This document shows, piece by piece, positions 22,177-33,649 of a stretch of 64,000 nt of DNA. Position 1 is the first letter of the stretch; each line of letters opens with the position of its first letter. Where the stretch lies: assembly GCA_963749495.1 (NCBI GenBank), contig CAVVMW010000019.1:294970-358969 (forward strand), in the 5' to 3' direction. The position numbers were made by a program, and so were the translations under genes. The notes under the pieces are model-generated. The model was not told the DNA's origin and ran no database searches. It saw nothing but the letters and a program-made list of their open reading frames with translations. The DNA is from an uncultured bacterium. GTDB lineage: Bacteria; Verrucomicrobiota; Verrucomicrobiia; Limisphaerales; UBA8199.

Positions 22177-22490
22177 GGCCGGTACCACCACGGCATGAAC
22201 AACCGGGCGCAACGCTCGCGGGGCCGAACCATCCCGAAGGGATGGGAATCACTCAGCCCAGGGTTGCCCCGCCCTTTCGCAAGAAAGGGTGGGGCTACCC
22301 TGGGTTACGCGCCCTCTGATCAACTACCCTGAAAGGGTTGCATCGCTGCTGAAACCCTTTCAGGGTTTTCAATTTGGCGGCCTGAAACCCAGGGTAGCGC
22401 CTTTGGCGCAACCCTGGGCTGAATGATGACAAGCCCTTCGGGCTATTGAGGTGGTGACCTGCGGCGCTCTCTCTCGTGGTAGTACCGGCC
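22177..22490. repeat. nested palindromic REP/MITE-like element
   Basis: Ends GGCCGGTACCACCACG / CGTGGTAGTACCGGCC; inner mirror pairs CCCGAAGGG, AGCCCAGGGTTGC, CTACCCTGGG, ACCCTGAAAGGGTT. Confidence 0.8.
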
Positions 22491-22571
22491 AGATGCGCCC
22501 TTGCCCGCAGGCTAACCCAGAGCGCGGGAATGCCGCGCACTCCAGACGCTTCGCGACTTCGGACGGGCATC

Positions 22572-24904
22572 CTATTCTGACACGGCGTTTCGGTTGGGCG
22601 GCTCGATGCCCTGGAGGTGGCGGAGGAAGAAGTCCTGCAAACGCCTCTGGCCGTAAGCGCCACCGACGCCATGCCCGCCGTTGGGCACGACCAGCAGATC
22701 AAAGTCCTTTCCGGCCCGGATGAGGGCATCCACCAACCGGTAGGTGCTCTCGGGTGGGACGTTGTCGTCCATGCCGCCGACAACCAGCATCAAATGGCCC
22801 TGGAGCTTGGCGGCATTTTCGATGTTCGAGCACTCGGCGTATTGGGGGCCGACGGGATAGCCCATCCACTGCTCGTTCCAGGAGGCCTTGTCCATGCGGT
22901 TGTCATGACAGCCGCTGTTGGCGACGGCGGCCTTGTAGAACTCCGGGTGGAAGAGCAGGCCCGAGGCGGCGTTTTGGCCGCCGGCGGAGGTCCCGTAGAG
23001 CCCGACGCGGCTCAGATCGTAATAGGGGTACTTGGCGGCGGCGGCTTTGTGCCACAGAATACGGTCGGGGAAGCCGGCATCCTTGAGGTTCTTCCAACAG
23101 ACATCCTGGAAGGCCTTCGAGCGGTCGGCCGTGCCCATGCCGTCGATCTGGACGACGATGAATCCCAAATCGGTGAGGGCGGAAAAGCGGCTGGACCCGG
23201 TGAATGATTTGGGAACATAGGAACTCTGGGGCCCGGCATAAATCTCCTCCAGGACGGCGTATTTTTTCTTCGGGTCCAGCTCGCGCGGGCGGCAGATGAT
23301 CCCATAGATGTCGGTCTTGCCGTCGCGGCCTTTGGCGGCGAAGACCTCGGGGGCCTGCCAGCCTCGGGCCTTGAGTTCGGAGATGTCGGCTTGCTCGAAC
23401 TGGCAGATGCGCGCGCCGTCCGTTGCGCGCCGCAGTTCGTGGACCGGCGGGGCATCGAGGCGGCTGTAGGTATCGATGAGGTATTTGCGGTCCGGGGAGT
23501 GCTGGACGGAGTGATTGCCATTGGCACCGGTGAGCGCCACCAAGCCGGTGCCGTCAAAGCTGATGCGGTAATAGTGGATGAAGTAGGGGCTTTGGTCCGA
23601 GTTCCTGCCGCTGGCGCGGAACCAGATTTGGCGGTGGTCCTCATCGATGTGGTCGATGCCGCGGACGACGTAATCGCCCTGGGTGATTTGGTTCTTGATG
23701 GCCCCCAGGCGCGTATCAACCAGGTAGAGGTGGCGCCAGCCGTCGCGCTCGGACACGTAGATGAGTTCCTCGGTCTTATCGAGCCAGTTGACGAGCCGGA
23801 TGTTGACGTTTTCCGTGTGGGCGGTCCAGATGAAGGTGCCGGTCTTTTCGTCGATGAGATTGCGCAGAGCGCCGGTGCGGGAGTCCACCTCGATGAGGCG
23901 GAGCCGCTGGTGCCCGCGGTCCTCCTTCAGGTAAGTGAAGCGGCGCCCGTCGCGGTTCCAGCGGAGGCGGGGCTGCTCCCACTCATGCTCGAAGCCATCC
24001 ACCTCGGGCTTGACCTGCTTGCCGGCGGCCGGGTCCATGAGGCTCAATTCCCAGGTAGTGAACTTGTCTCCCGGCAGGGCATAAGGGCGGCGGTGGAGCA
24101 CGGCGCGGCCGCCGCCGCGCGGCGCGGTCTCGACCAGATAGACCTCCTTGCGGTCGCCGGGGCTGATGCGCCAGCCCACCAGCGCCTGGGAATCGGGCGC
24201 CCACTCCAGTTGTCCGTAGGCCTCCTCCCGCCCGCCATCCTGCGTCAATTGGCGCTCGCTCTTGTCACTCTCCAGGCGGACAAAGACATTCCCGTCCTTG
24301 ACGAAGGCGGTCCACTTGCCGTCGGGCGAGGTCCTTTGGCGCGTCGGCTGGTCCTGGTCCTGGGCGTCCTCATTAGCAGCGGGGGACGAGGGGCGAGGGT
24401 CGAGGGGCGAGGGGCCGGCCGGGGCCGGGGCGCACTCATAGGAATCGAGTTTGCACTGCCAGGTCTTGCCGGCGGCCTCGAAACGGATGCCCTGGCAATC
24501 ATCGGTGAACTCGATCTCCGTGAACGGGAGCCGGTCGGCCTTGAATGGCTGGCCTGCGGCCTTGGTGAGCGCGGCGGCCAGCCGCTCATGGTCGAAGGCG
24601 GGACGCCGCGCGCCCTGTTCGGCTTCGATGACGATGAACTCCCTGGCGCCGTCGCGGAGGTCGTTGCGGTACCAGAACCTCGAATTGTTCTGGAACCAAT
24701 GCGGAGCGATGCCGGCCTTATAGACGCCGCGTTCCGGAGGACGGCCGCGCCGCTGCTGCGGCGAGGCCAGCAGCCAATCGGCCGCCGGCTGCGCCGGGCA
24801 GGCAGAGGCCAGCGCCAGCGCCAACAGGATGAGGGGAGCGGGCAGAGTCCGGTTGAGTTCTGGAGGCCCGTTGGGCCGCGGGCCACAGGAGGAGGGGCGG
24901 TTCA
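22572..24904 (-). CDS. S9-family dipeptidyl peptidase IV-like serine peptidase
   Basis: DPPIV_N propeller; catalytic GTSAGG, DDNV, 'GGH'; signal peptide. Confidence 0.92.
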
Positions 24905-24969
24905 TGCTCGCTCCATCATGAGGCCCTCGGGCCGCCCCGTGCAATGCCAAAGCCGAAGAATGGGCTCAC

Positions 24970-25160
24970 CGCGTAGCGGTGCCCGATGGTAGCCGTGGAC
25001 TTCCAGTCCACGGACCCATGGCTCAAGCTGGACCGCGTCGCGTAGCGACGCCTGAAAACCGCTAAGCCGTCAGGCGTCGCTACGCGACGCACGACCATGG
25101 CCACGCGCTCAACCGTGGACCGAGGTCCACGGCTACCATCACTGCGTCGCTCCGCGACGC
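24970..25160. repeat. REP-like palindrome cluster (CGTCGCGTAGCGACG / GTAGCCGTGGAC)
   Basis: Mirror-arranged units are directly visible. Confidence 0.8.
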
Positions 25161-25209
25161 ACCCGTTACTCCTTGCGCGCAGGGGCGTTTTCGTGGAGGA
25201 TGACCGGCC

Positions 25210-25617
25210 ATGAGAGCCGGATTGACGATCCTGGTATTTTGGCTGGCCGGCGCGGCTTGGACGGACGGTGTGGCGGCGCCAGAGCCGGCGCCGCTGGTGG
25301 ACCTTCGGCCCCGGTTTGACAAACTGGGCCTGGCGCCACGCCGGCAGGGCGGGCGTCCCACCTGCTCGGTCTTCACGATGACCACCGCCCTCGAATACGC
25401 CGTGGCCGGACGGCAGGGTCATTGTCCCCGGCTGAGCGTCGAGTTCCTCAACTGGGCCTCGAACAAGGCCTGCGGGGACACTCAGGACGGCGGGTTCTTC
25501 TCGGATTTGTGGAAGGGTTTTGCCGCCTATGGGATCTGTGCCGAAGAAGAGATGCCCTACGCGTATGCCCGGCTCTATATGAACGACGCAGCCTGGGTGG
25601 ACTTCCAAGCGCCCTGA
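25210..25617 (+). pseudogene. papain-like C1 peptidase, internally deleted
   Basis: Signal peptide, 'VDLR', 'QGGRPTCSVF', 'LSVEFLNWA'; no catalytic His/Asn half. Confidence 0.65.
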
Positions 25618-25677
25618 CTCTTCATTGCCTGCACTCAAAGCTTGACGCCGGGTCCGAATGTGCTTGCATGTCGGATA

Positions 25678-26088
25678 ATGAAAACGAAGGTCTTTGTGGC
25701 TTGGCTCGGGGCGCTGCTGGTTACGGCCGGATGCGTGCAGACGGTGACCGGGGACAAGACCGTGGGCGTGCCGTTTCTCAAGGACAGGTTCGAGCAGAAT
25801 TACAGGCTGCCGCCGGACGTGATCTTTACGGCGGCCAAGGAAGTGATCCGAGAGGACGGGGTGCTGATCAAGGAAGGCACCAACTACACTGCAACCAACA
25901 CTGCCGTGAAGGTGGTGGAGGGCAAGGTCAACGAGTGCACTGTCCTGGTGCGGGTGGCCCCGCTGGATGCCCAGGTCACCTCGCTGGCAGTCCAGACGCG
26001 GACCAACAGCGGCGGTTCGGATATCAACCTGGCCAACCAGATCATGACGCAAATCGCGGTGAGGTTAGCCTCGGGTACGCGGCGGTAA
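25678..26088 (+). CDS. DUF3568-like lipoprotein
   Basis: Lipobox 'TAGC'; 'VPFLKDRFE..Y', 'D..LA..I..QIA'. Confidence 0.65.
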   Translation: MKTKVFVAWLGALLVTAGCVQTVTGDKTVGVPFLKDRFEQNYRLPPDVIFTAAKEVIREDGVLIKEGTNYTATNTAVKVVEGKVNECTVLVRVAPLDAQVTSLAVQTRTNSGGSDINLANQIMTQIAVRLASGTRR

Positions 26089-27335
26089 ATCGGCGGGGCG
26101 CCCGGGCTCGCGGCAAAGGCCGCGCGGCGGTCCCTGCTTGAGGCCCAAGTGCTGCTCGTAGGAGCCGAGCTTGACGGCTTGGCTCTTCTCAGTGGCCCTG
26201 AGTTCGAATCTGAGGAGGGCCATCCGTTTGCGGGCGATCTCGGCTGCCGCCAGGCCCGGGTCGCGATCGACGATGCGCTGGAGGGTTTGCCGGGCGGTCT
26301 CATAATCGGCTCCGGAGCGGACCTGGATGTCGGCCAGGAGGTTGAGCCAATGCACGACCAGGCGGGCCGGTTGATTGGGCAGCGAGATCATCTGCTCGAG
26401 GCCGTCGGTGGCCAAATCCAGGCGTTTGTAGTGGTCGGCGTGGAGGATCGCCAGTTTCTCGCGCGCCTCCATGTCCAGCGGATGCTGCTGGAGGTGCCGG
26501 ACATATTCGGCGGCCAACTCGGCAGGCTCGGTTTCTTTGGGTTGGAGACGCGGCGCTCTCTTGGCCAACCCGATGTTGTGTACGCCCTCCGGGACGATGA
26601 ACTTCTTGCGATGGTACGGGGAGAGCAGCATTTGAGCGGTGCCCAGGTGGGCGATGCGTTGCGAGGCGCTCAGGGCGTATTCGGTGTCCGGCAGCAATTG
26701 GACGACCTTCTCCAGGCAACGTTCCGCCCCCTGGCGGTCCTGGCCAATCTTCAAGTACCAATCCGCCATCGAGAAAAGGGCGAAGGTAATGTTTTGCGGG
26801 GCATGGCCGGGCTGCTCGCAGAATCGCTGGATGGTCAGTTCGGCAGCGGGCAGGTCCTTGAGGTTCTCCGCCTGGACCTCGGCCAGGAAGAGGTGGCCCT
26901 CAACGTCCGTCGGAAACCGGGCCAGTTGTTTCTCAACCTCCGCGATGGCCTCGGCGTGGTTGCCCTGCTTTTGCCGGGCGCGTGCAACCGAGTAAAACGG
27001 CTGCGGGTCCGGCGGCGCGCTCCCGCCGTCGTAGAGGGAGGCAATTGGATTGGCCAGCAGGCCGGCCAATCGCGGCGCCAGGCGATGGCCAGGATCAAGC
27101 CGCACACCGCGGTCAAAGGAATGCCCACAAAAGCCGCCTCGTAACTCGGACTGGCGATCATGGGCATAATCACCCTCACCAGGAAGCCCAAGACAATCAC
27201 GGTCACGACCCACTTGACAATCATGCGCGCCGGCTCCTCGGACTTGCGGACCGTCATGACGACGAACCACCCGGCCAGCGACACCACCACTCCGATCCCC
27301 AGGATGCCCAGTACCATGTCGGCGGTGTGTTTCAT
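26065..27335 (-). CDS. membrane-anchored TPR protein (frameshift near 27070)
   Basis: Three TM helices in ORF 26835-27380, followed by TPR helices in ORF 26065-27351. Confidence 0.75.
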
Positions 27336-27456
27336 GTCGATGCTTCGACAATATAGACCGCCGCGGAGCAATTTGCTCACGCAGGCCGGGTGCGATTACA
27401 ACCGTCTTGATCGCACCGATGCCGGCCTTGGGACGAAGCCCGAGGGGGTGTGATGA

Positions 27457-29598
27457 CTATCTGAGCAACAAGGTCTTCCGCTGATTTCCGAATTCGACCG
27501 TCACGCTGGCGGGCCCGATGCCCACGACAACAGCCCCGGCCACCTGATCATGCACGTGGACCAGTTTGCCGTTAACGATCGCCGACGGGAAATCGGGAGA
27601 AAAGAGTATGCCTTGCAGTTTCAGCTTGGCAAAGGCCTGCTCCGCCAGAGAGGGCTTGGGGGGCGGCTGGGGGCCTGGCGCGGGGGTGACCGAGTTAGTG
27701 GGCGCGGCAGGGGCAGTTGACCCAGTGACAGTTGGCCCAGCGGCGGTCTTCTTGGGCTGTTCCAGCGCACTTTCAGGGGGCTTGTTGGTGAGGGCCTCGC
27801 GAGTGGCGGCTTGCGCCGCAGCCGCGGCCTGGGCCGTCGCGCTGGCAGGGGTCCGGGTTTGCTCTTTGGCTGCGGACGGCGCCGAGACCTGTTGAGATGG
27901 CTTGCTGGCCGGGGCCTTTTCCTTGGCCAGAGACTGTTTCGGGGCAGGGATGGAGGCATTGGGCGCCGTCCTGGCCCTGATGGGCTGCGGTTGGCCGGTC
28001 CAGAGGCCGCCCGCCAGCCAGTCCACCAGCAGCAGCAGCAGCGTTGCCGCGGCAGCCGCGTAGAGCCAGGGCCTCGGCCGCAAAGGACCCGCCATTTTGA
28101 GCGGCGGCAAGTAAGGTCCCGCCTCCGCCACGGGGGCGGCAGCTTGCGCAGGCAGCACCGAGGCGGCCATGTCAGAGGCATATACCTCCATAGGCTGCTC
28201 GGGCGGCAGAAGACCGGGTTCCAGGGCCGGCACGGGCGCGGCAGGTTCTGGCATCAGCCCCGGCTGGAGCGGCTCCGGACCTGGGGCGGACGCGTCTGGC
28301 TGGGCCTCGGAGGCGGGCGGCGGGGCCGGCACGGGCTCGGGCGCGGCGGGGGCGGGCGTCGCGGCAACGCTTTCCGGGGCTCCGACTCGCAACTCGGCAT
28401 CGGTGACATCAGGGTTGCCCAAGGCCTCACGCCAGATTTCCAAACGATCCAGGCAGCCGATCGCTGCCAAGTAGGCCTCGTCAATTTGCGAGACGACCAG
28501 ACCCTCGGTGTCGGGGGTGATCTCGCAATGGAGGGTGTTGGCGACGTGAACGGCGGTGAGGGGTGAGAACTCGTCGCTGGTGCTGCGGGAGGGGTCGTGG
28601 TGCAAGGCCACCGCCTCGAGCAAGTCCGGCGGCATGCCCCAAAGGGCAAAGAGATAGGCGCCAATCTCCCCATGACTGGCCCCGAAGACTTCCTTCTCGA
28701 TTTCCGAAAGCGGGACGTGCAGTTTACGGGCCAGGGAGTGGACGCCGCTGTACTGCTCGTCGAAATTGGCGGCCAGCACCACTTTGCCCAAATCGTGCAG
28801 CAATCCGGCCGTGAAGGCCGACGCCGCCAGGCTGCGGTCCCCCGTAGCCAGCACTGTCAACTGCTTGGCCGTCTGAGCAACGTCGGTGCTGTGGCGCCAG
28901 AGTCGCTCCATTGAGAGATATGCGGGCCGGAGCCGGTCATATTGGTTCAGGAGCTTGACTGCCATAACCACGGACTTGACCGCCTCGAAACCGAGGATGC
29001 CGACCGCCTCAGAGGGCTCGGTAACGTGGCGCGGCAGGCCGAAGTAGGCGGAATTGAGCACCTGGAGCAGCTTGGTCATCATCGCCATGTCTTTGCCGAT
29101 GAGCTCACCCACCTCTTCGGTGGTGGCATCCGGCGACTTGAGCAGATTGACAAGCTCAAAGTAAAGCGAGGGAGCGGTTGGAAAGACGCGGATGCGCCCG
29201 GCCAATTCGCGAATTTTGCCGCTGGGGATCCAAACGTTGGCCGCCTCCGCCTGTTCCAGGGCACTTTTCAGCGTCAATTTGTCGAGCGGTTTGGCCAGGA
29301 ACTGGTGCGCCCCCCCCAGCACTTTTTTCATCACTCGATTGTGCTCGTTCTCGGGCGCCAGGATGAAACGGATGGTCTTGGGATACTTCTTGCGGACTTG
29401 CTGGAGCAGAGATGCCCCGTCCAGCTCGGGCAAGTCCAGATCGGCGACCACCACGTGGCAAGGTTGCTGCCTCATCTCAGCCAGCGCCGCGGTCCCGGTG
29501 GTCACCGCCGTCACCACCCATTGCTTGCCCAAGGCGTCGCGAAATGCCTCACCTGCGGAGGGATCGGCAACCGCCAGCAGAATGCGTTTCTCAACCAT
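27457..29598 (-). CDS. receiver + HDOD protein with Pro-rich linker, TM helix and C-terminal GspB/PilP-like domain
   Basis: REC ('VVADL.LP', 'FLAKP'); HDOD ('KLLQVLNSAYFG', 'LWRHS', 'GLLHDLGK', 'H.EIGAYL..LW'); tail 'LKLQGILFS....SAIVNG.LV'. Confidence 0.85.
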   Translation of the reverse strand: MVEKRILLAVADPSAGEAFRDALGKQWVVTAVTTGTAALAEMRQQPCHVVVADLDLPELDGASLLQQVRKKYPKTIRFILAPENEHNRVMKKVLGGAHQFLAKPLDKLTLKSALEQAEAANVWIPSGKIRELAGRIRVFPTAPSLYFELVNLLKSPDATTEEVGELIGKDMAMMTKLLQVLNSAYFGLPRHVTEPSEAVGILGFEAVKSVVMAVKLLNQYDRLRPAYLSMERLWRHSTDVAQTAKQLTVLATGDRSLAASAFTAGLLHDLGKVVLAANFDEQYSGVHSLARKLHVPLSEIEKEVFGASHGEIGAYLFALWGMPPDLLEAVALHHDPSRSTSDEFSPLTAVHVANTLHCEITPDTEGLVVSQIDEAYLAAIGCLDRLEIWREALGNPDVTDAELRVGAPESVAATPAPAAPEPVPAPPPASEAQPDASAPGPEPLQPGLMPEPAAPVPALEPGLLPPEQPMEVYASDMAASVLPAQAAAPVAEAGPYLPPLKMAGPLRPRPWLYAAAAATLLLLLVDWLAGGLWTGQPQPIRARTAPNASIPAPKQSLAKEKAPASKPSQQVSAPSAAKEQTRTPASATAQAAAAAQAATREALTNKPPESALEQPKKTAAGPTVTGSTAPAAPTNSVTPAPGPQPPPKPSLAEQAFAKLKLQGILFSPDFPSAIVNGKLVHVHDQVAGAVVVGIGPASVTVEFGNQRKTLLLR

Positions 29599-29895
29599 TA
29601 GATTTCACTTTCCCTAATGTTTTCCACCATCGCTGAACCCACGCCGCACCGGGAGCCTCTGCTGTCCCGTTTCGGCACGGACGGCCGCGCAAATCCATCG
29701 CATGGAGGCCGTTTGCCCCATGCCGTCGCGCTCTTGTCGCCAAACGTATATCGGCAGACTAAGCTCCCGACTTAAGAACAAAAGAGACAGAGTCACCCCC
29801 GCTCTGCGTCCCCTCGCCCCCCGCCCCTCGCCCCCCGGAGACGGCACGACCCGCCAGGTCCAAGCCTGGCGGGTCGTGTGGGAAAGCGATGGCCT

Positions 29896-30825
29896 TTATT
29901 GCTCCGGCTCGGCCAGGATCTTGGCGCGTGCCGTGTGGTACTGCTCGGGCGAGATTTCGTCCGCCTTGTACTTGACGAGCAATTCGCTTAGCTTGGCCTG
30001 TTTGGCTGCTGAAATGGGCAGAGGCGGGGGTTCGAGCAGCGCAGAGCGGACAGGCCCCCTGGCCAGCGTGGCGAGGTGCGCGGACGCGGGGTTGGCTTTG
30101 GCCTTGGCCAGGGCGGCGTGCTCCTGGGCTTTTGTGGCCACCATGATCTTGTCAGCCTTTGCGGAGGTTGTGTTTGCCTGCGATGCGGTGGCCGCAACGC
30201 CCGGTCTGGGCGCGGGGGCGGCTTCGGGCCTGACCGGCAGAGGCCTGGCCACGGCAGGCTGGCTCTCGACTTTGGCCTGCACGGGCGGTGCGGCGAGCGG
30301 GGCGGGCTCAATGGCCACCGGCCTCTGGGCGGCGCTGGGCGGGGCAACCACTACGACGGGTTTGGGCGCGGGGGCGGGCGGCCTTTCCACCGCCGGTTTG
30401 GCGGGCGCCGCGGGCGGTGGCTTGGGCGTCGCAGGGAGGGCCGCGGCGGCCTTAATGGCGAGTGCGGTGCCGCCGGGTCCCCCTCCACTGAGCGAGGGGG
30501 GCGGCACTTTCGAGAAGGGCGGCGGCGACACGACATCGAGCTTTTCGTGCAGGGCGCGGAGGACCTTGCCCAGGGCCTCGGGCTCGGCCAGCGAGGGAGG
30601 CGGCACTTGCGAAAAGGCCGAGTTCACAACCAAGGCAGCGCCCCCGCTTGCGGGCGGCACATGCGAAAAGACGGTGCTGCCGCTTGAGGGCGGCGAGGCG
30701 GGCGGCACCTGGGAGTAGCCGGCGCTGGCCTTGGGGGTGGAACTGGTGTCCTGGGCGCGGGAGACCACCACGGCGCACGCGGCAGCCGCCACGCAGATGA
30801 CCATGAAGGAGCTTGAAATCTGCAT
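29896..30825 (-). CDS. secreted Pro/Ala-rich protein with SHOCT-like C-terminus
   Basis: Signal peptide; repeated 'FS.VPPP/AS'; ends 'KL.ELL.KYKAD.ISPEQYH..RAKIL'. Confidence 0.65.
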   Translation of the reverse strand: MQISSSFMVICVAAAACAVVVSRAQDTSSTPKASAGYSQVPPASPPSSGSTVFSHVPPASGGAALVVNSAFSQVPPPSLAEPEALGKVLRALHEKLDVVSPPPFSKVPPPSLSGGGPGGTALAIKAAAALPATPKPPPAAPAKPAVERPPAPAPKPVVVVAPPSAAQRPVAIEPAPLAAPPVQAKVESQPAVARPLPVRPEAAPAPRPGVAATASQANTTSAKADKIMVATKAQEHAALAKAKANPASAHLATLARGPVRSALLEPPPLPISAAKQAKLSELLVKYKADEISPEQYHTARAKILAEPEQ

Positions 30826-30991
30826 GGCTCTCTATTATCTGAGATCGCTCCCCATTGCAAGCCCTGATTGTGCGCAACTTAGCTTTTTGCGTGGTTGTAA
30901 CACCGGAGGCACGCAGCGGCCAGGAAAAGCCTGGGATGCGCACGTCCTGATTTCTCTTGGAAAGATCTGAGAGCCAAGGCATTATCCGGGC

Positions 30992-31703
30992 ATGACCGCG
31001 CCCGACAACACAAATGGAGCGTCTGCGCCACACGGGGCGCCTACAGGCTCGGACTGGGGGAAGGCGCTTCACCGATTGAACAATACTCTGGCGAGCATCC
31101 ACTCCAGCCTGGACCTCGCGTTGGCCCAGACGGAGGAGGCCCAGGCCCGGCCATTCCTGCTCCTGGCCCGGAGCAGCGCCCGGGAGGCGGCCTCACTGGT
31201 GAATGAGCTCAGGTTCGGCGGCAACGAGCAGGCGGCCCAGGAGTGCCTTGGCTCCATGGCTAAAGCCGTGGGCAATGGGGCCACGGAGGCCTCGGTTGTC
31301 CCGGGGCCGCGGGCCTCGCTGGAGGGGCTCGGAGCGCATCCTGGTGGTCGAGGACGATGATTCGGTCAGGATGTTGATTCGCGCGGTGTTGACCTATCGC
31401 GGTTATGTGGTGGTGGAGGCGTGCGACGGCGAGGAGGGCGTGATCCGGTTCCGGGAGAAGGGACCGTTTGACCTGGTCATCCTCGACCATGCCATGCCCA
31501 AACTGGGTGGACAGGGCGCTCTGGATCAGATTCGGGTGATGGCCCCTGCGGTTCCAGCCCTGGCCCTGAGCGGCATGGTCGTGGATTATGGTGCGGGTGC
31601 CCGAGACCCGAGCGCGCCTGTGTTCGACGCGCAGTTGAGCAAGCCTTTCGACAATATGGAATTGGTTGCCCTGGTTCGCCAACTGCTGGACCGCCCGGGT
31701 TAG
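30992..31703 (+). CDS. HisKA-like helical domain fused to a receiver domain (frameshift near 31325)
   Basis: 'ALHRLNNTLASI' H-box-like segment; 'ILVVEDD', 'VILDHAMP', 'LSKPF'. Confidence 0.7.
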
Positions 31704-31811
31704 ACCCTAAAGGAAGAATCAGGCGGAACAGACGCACAAGGCCCACCGGCATAGTCCCGCCAACAATGATTTTGCCTTTCCAGAAATTCCCTTCATGATC
31801 TTGCCTTGGAC

Positions 31812-32979
31812 ATGAAACGCACTCCGCTCTTTGCCGTTCACCAGAAGCTGGGCGGCAAGCTCATTGAATTCGGCGGTTCGGGAGATGCCGGTGCATTACA
31901 CCAGCATCACCGACGAACACCTCGCCGTCCGCCAGGCCGCCGGCCTGTTCGACATCTCACACATGGGCGAAGTCTGGCTCCAGGGGCCCCAGGCCGAGAC
32001 GTTCCTCAACCAGGTCCTCACCAACGACCTGCGCAAGCTCGCCCCGGGCCAGGGGCAATACACCCTCATGTGCAACGAGCGGGGCGGCGCCATCGATGAC
32101 CTCTATGCCTACCGGCTCGGCGCCGACCGCTACCTGCTCATCGTCAACGCCTCGCGCATTGCCCAGGATGTGGCCTGGCTCGAACGGCAGTTGGCCGGCT
32201 CCGCCTGCCGCCACGCGATGCAACTGGACAACGCCTCGGATGCGACCGGCGCCGTGGCCGTGCAGGGCCCGCGCGCGGCGCAGTTCATCGACCAGTGCTT
32301 CCCCGGCCCTTTCACCGAGGGCACCCGCGTGGCCCTGCCCACCGATCTCAAGAAGAACCAGGCCGCCCAGACCCGGTTCGCGGGGCAATGGGCCTGGGTC
32401 TCGCGCACAGGTTACACCGGTGAAGACGGCTTCGAGGTGGTCGCCCCGGCCGCGACCATCGTGGCGATATGGGAGCGGCTCCTGGATCTGGGCCGGCCGC
32501 ACGGACTGAAACCGGCGGGCCTGGGCGCGCGCGACACCCTGCGCACCGAGGTTTGCTACCCCCTTTACGGCCACGAACTGGACGAACAGACGACCCCTTT
32601 GGAGGCCGGCCTCGGTTTCTTTGTGGCGCTGGACAAGGGCGAGTTCGCGGGCCGGCCTGTGCTGGCCGAACAGAAAGTCAAAGGGGTCCAGCGCAAGCTC
32701 GTTGCCTTCAAGATGACCGGCAAGTCGGCCCCGCCCCGGCCCCACTACGCCATCTGGAGCCAGGGCCCCGCCGCAGCAAGGCTCGGCGAAGCCGCCAGCG
32801 GCACCCAAAGCCCCTCGCTCGGCATCGGCATCGGCATGGGCTACGTGCCGCCCCAGTTTGCCCGGCCCCAGACACCCCTGGATATCGAAATCCGCGGCCA
32901 GCGCGCCCCCGCCCTCGTGGTGCCCAAGCCCATTTACAGAAAGGCTGAGGAATTATGCCTAATGTCCCATCCGACCTGA
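31812..32979 (+). CDS. gcvT: glycine cleavage system aminomethyltransferase T (frameshift near 31880)
   Basis: 'MKRTPL...H', '[10 protein letters not shown]', '[12 protein letters not shown]', '[10 protein letters not shown]'. Confidence 0.95.
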
Positions 32980-33340
32980 AGTATGCCAAGTCGCACGAGT
33001 GGGTGCGGGTGTCCGGCAACGTCGCGACGCTGGGCATCACCGACCACGCCCAGCATGAATTGACCGATGTCGTCTTTGTCGAACTGCCCGCCCCGGGCGC
33101 CAGGTCCAGGCCGGCGAGGCCTGCGCCGTCGTCGAGTCCGTCAAGACCGCCAGCGACATTTACTCGCCGGTCACGGGCGAGATTACCGAGGTGAACCAGG
33201 GCGTGGTCGACAACCCGGGCCTGGTCAACTCCGAACCTTACGCCGGGGGCTGGCTCTGCAAAATCAAGCTCGCGAATCCCGCCCAGCTCGATAGCCTCCT
33301 GGACGCCGGCCAGTACCTGGCCCAAATCAGCCCCGCCTGA
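32955..33340 (+). CDS. gcvH: glycine cleavage system H protein (frameshift near 33098)
   Basis: '[10 protein letters not shown]', 'GITDHAQ', and '[13 protein letters not shown]' in the shifted frame. Confidence 0.93.
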
Positions 33341-33376
33341 TTTGAATATTTGCGCGTTCTCTGAGAGAGTAAGGCT

Positions 33377-33649
33377 GTGAAACCAAAACGGATTCGACTT
33401 TTTATCAAGCCCTACTGCGGGTGGTGCCACAAAGCGATGCGCTGGTTGGACGAGCATGGGGTGGAGTATGAGAAGATCGATGTGATCGCCGACGAGGCCG
33501 CCTTCGACCAGATGATCCGGCTTTCGGGCCAGGACCTGGCGCCCGTCCTGGAGGTGGACGGGCAGGTGCTGGCGGACTTTGGTCCGGACCAGCTCGCCGG
33601 GTTCTGGAAGACACTGGAGAAGAAGAATGCCCGGCTCGAATCTCACTGA
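33377..33649 (+). CDS. glutaredoxin-family protein
   Basis: CGWC motif; 'SGQ..AP.LEVDG'. Confidence 0.85.
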   Translation: MKPKRIRLFIKPYCGWCHKAMRWLDEHGVEYEKIDVIADEAAFDQMIRLSGQDLAPVLEVDGQVLADFGPDQLAGFWKTLEKKNARLESH

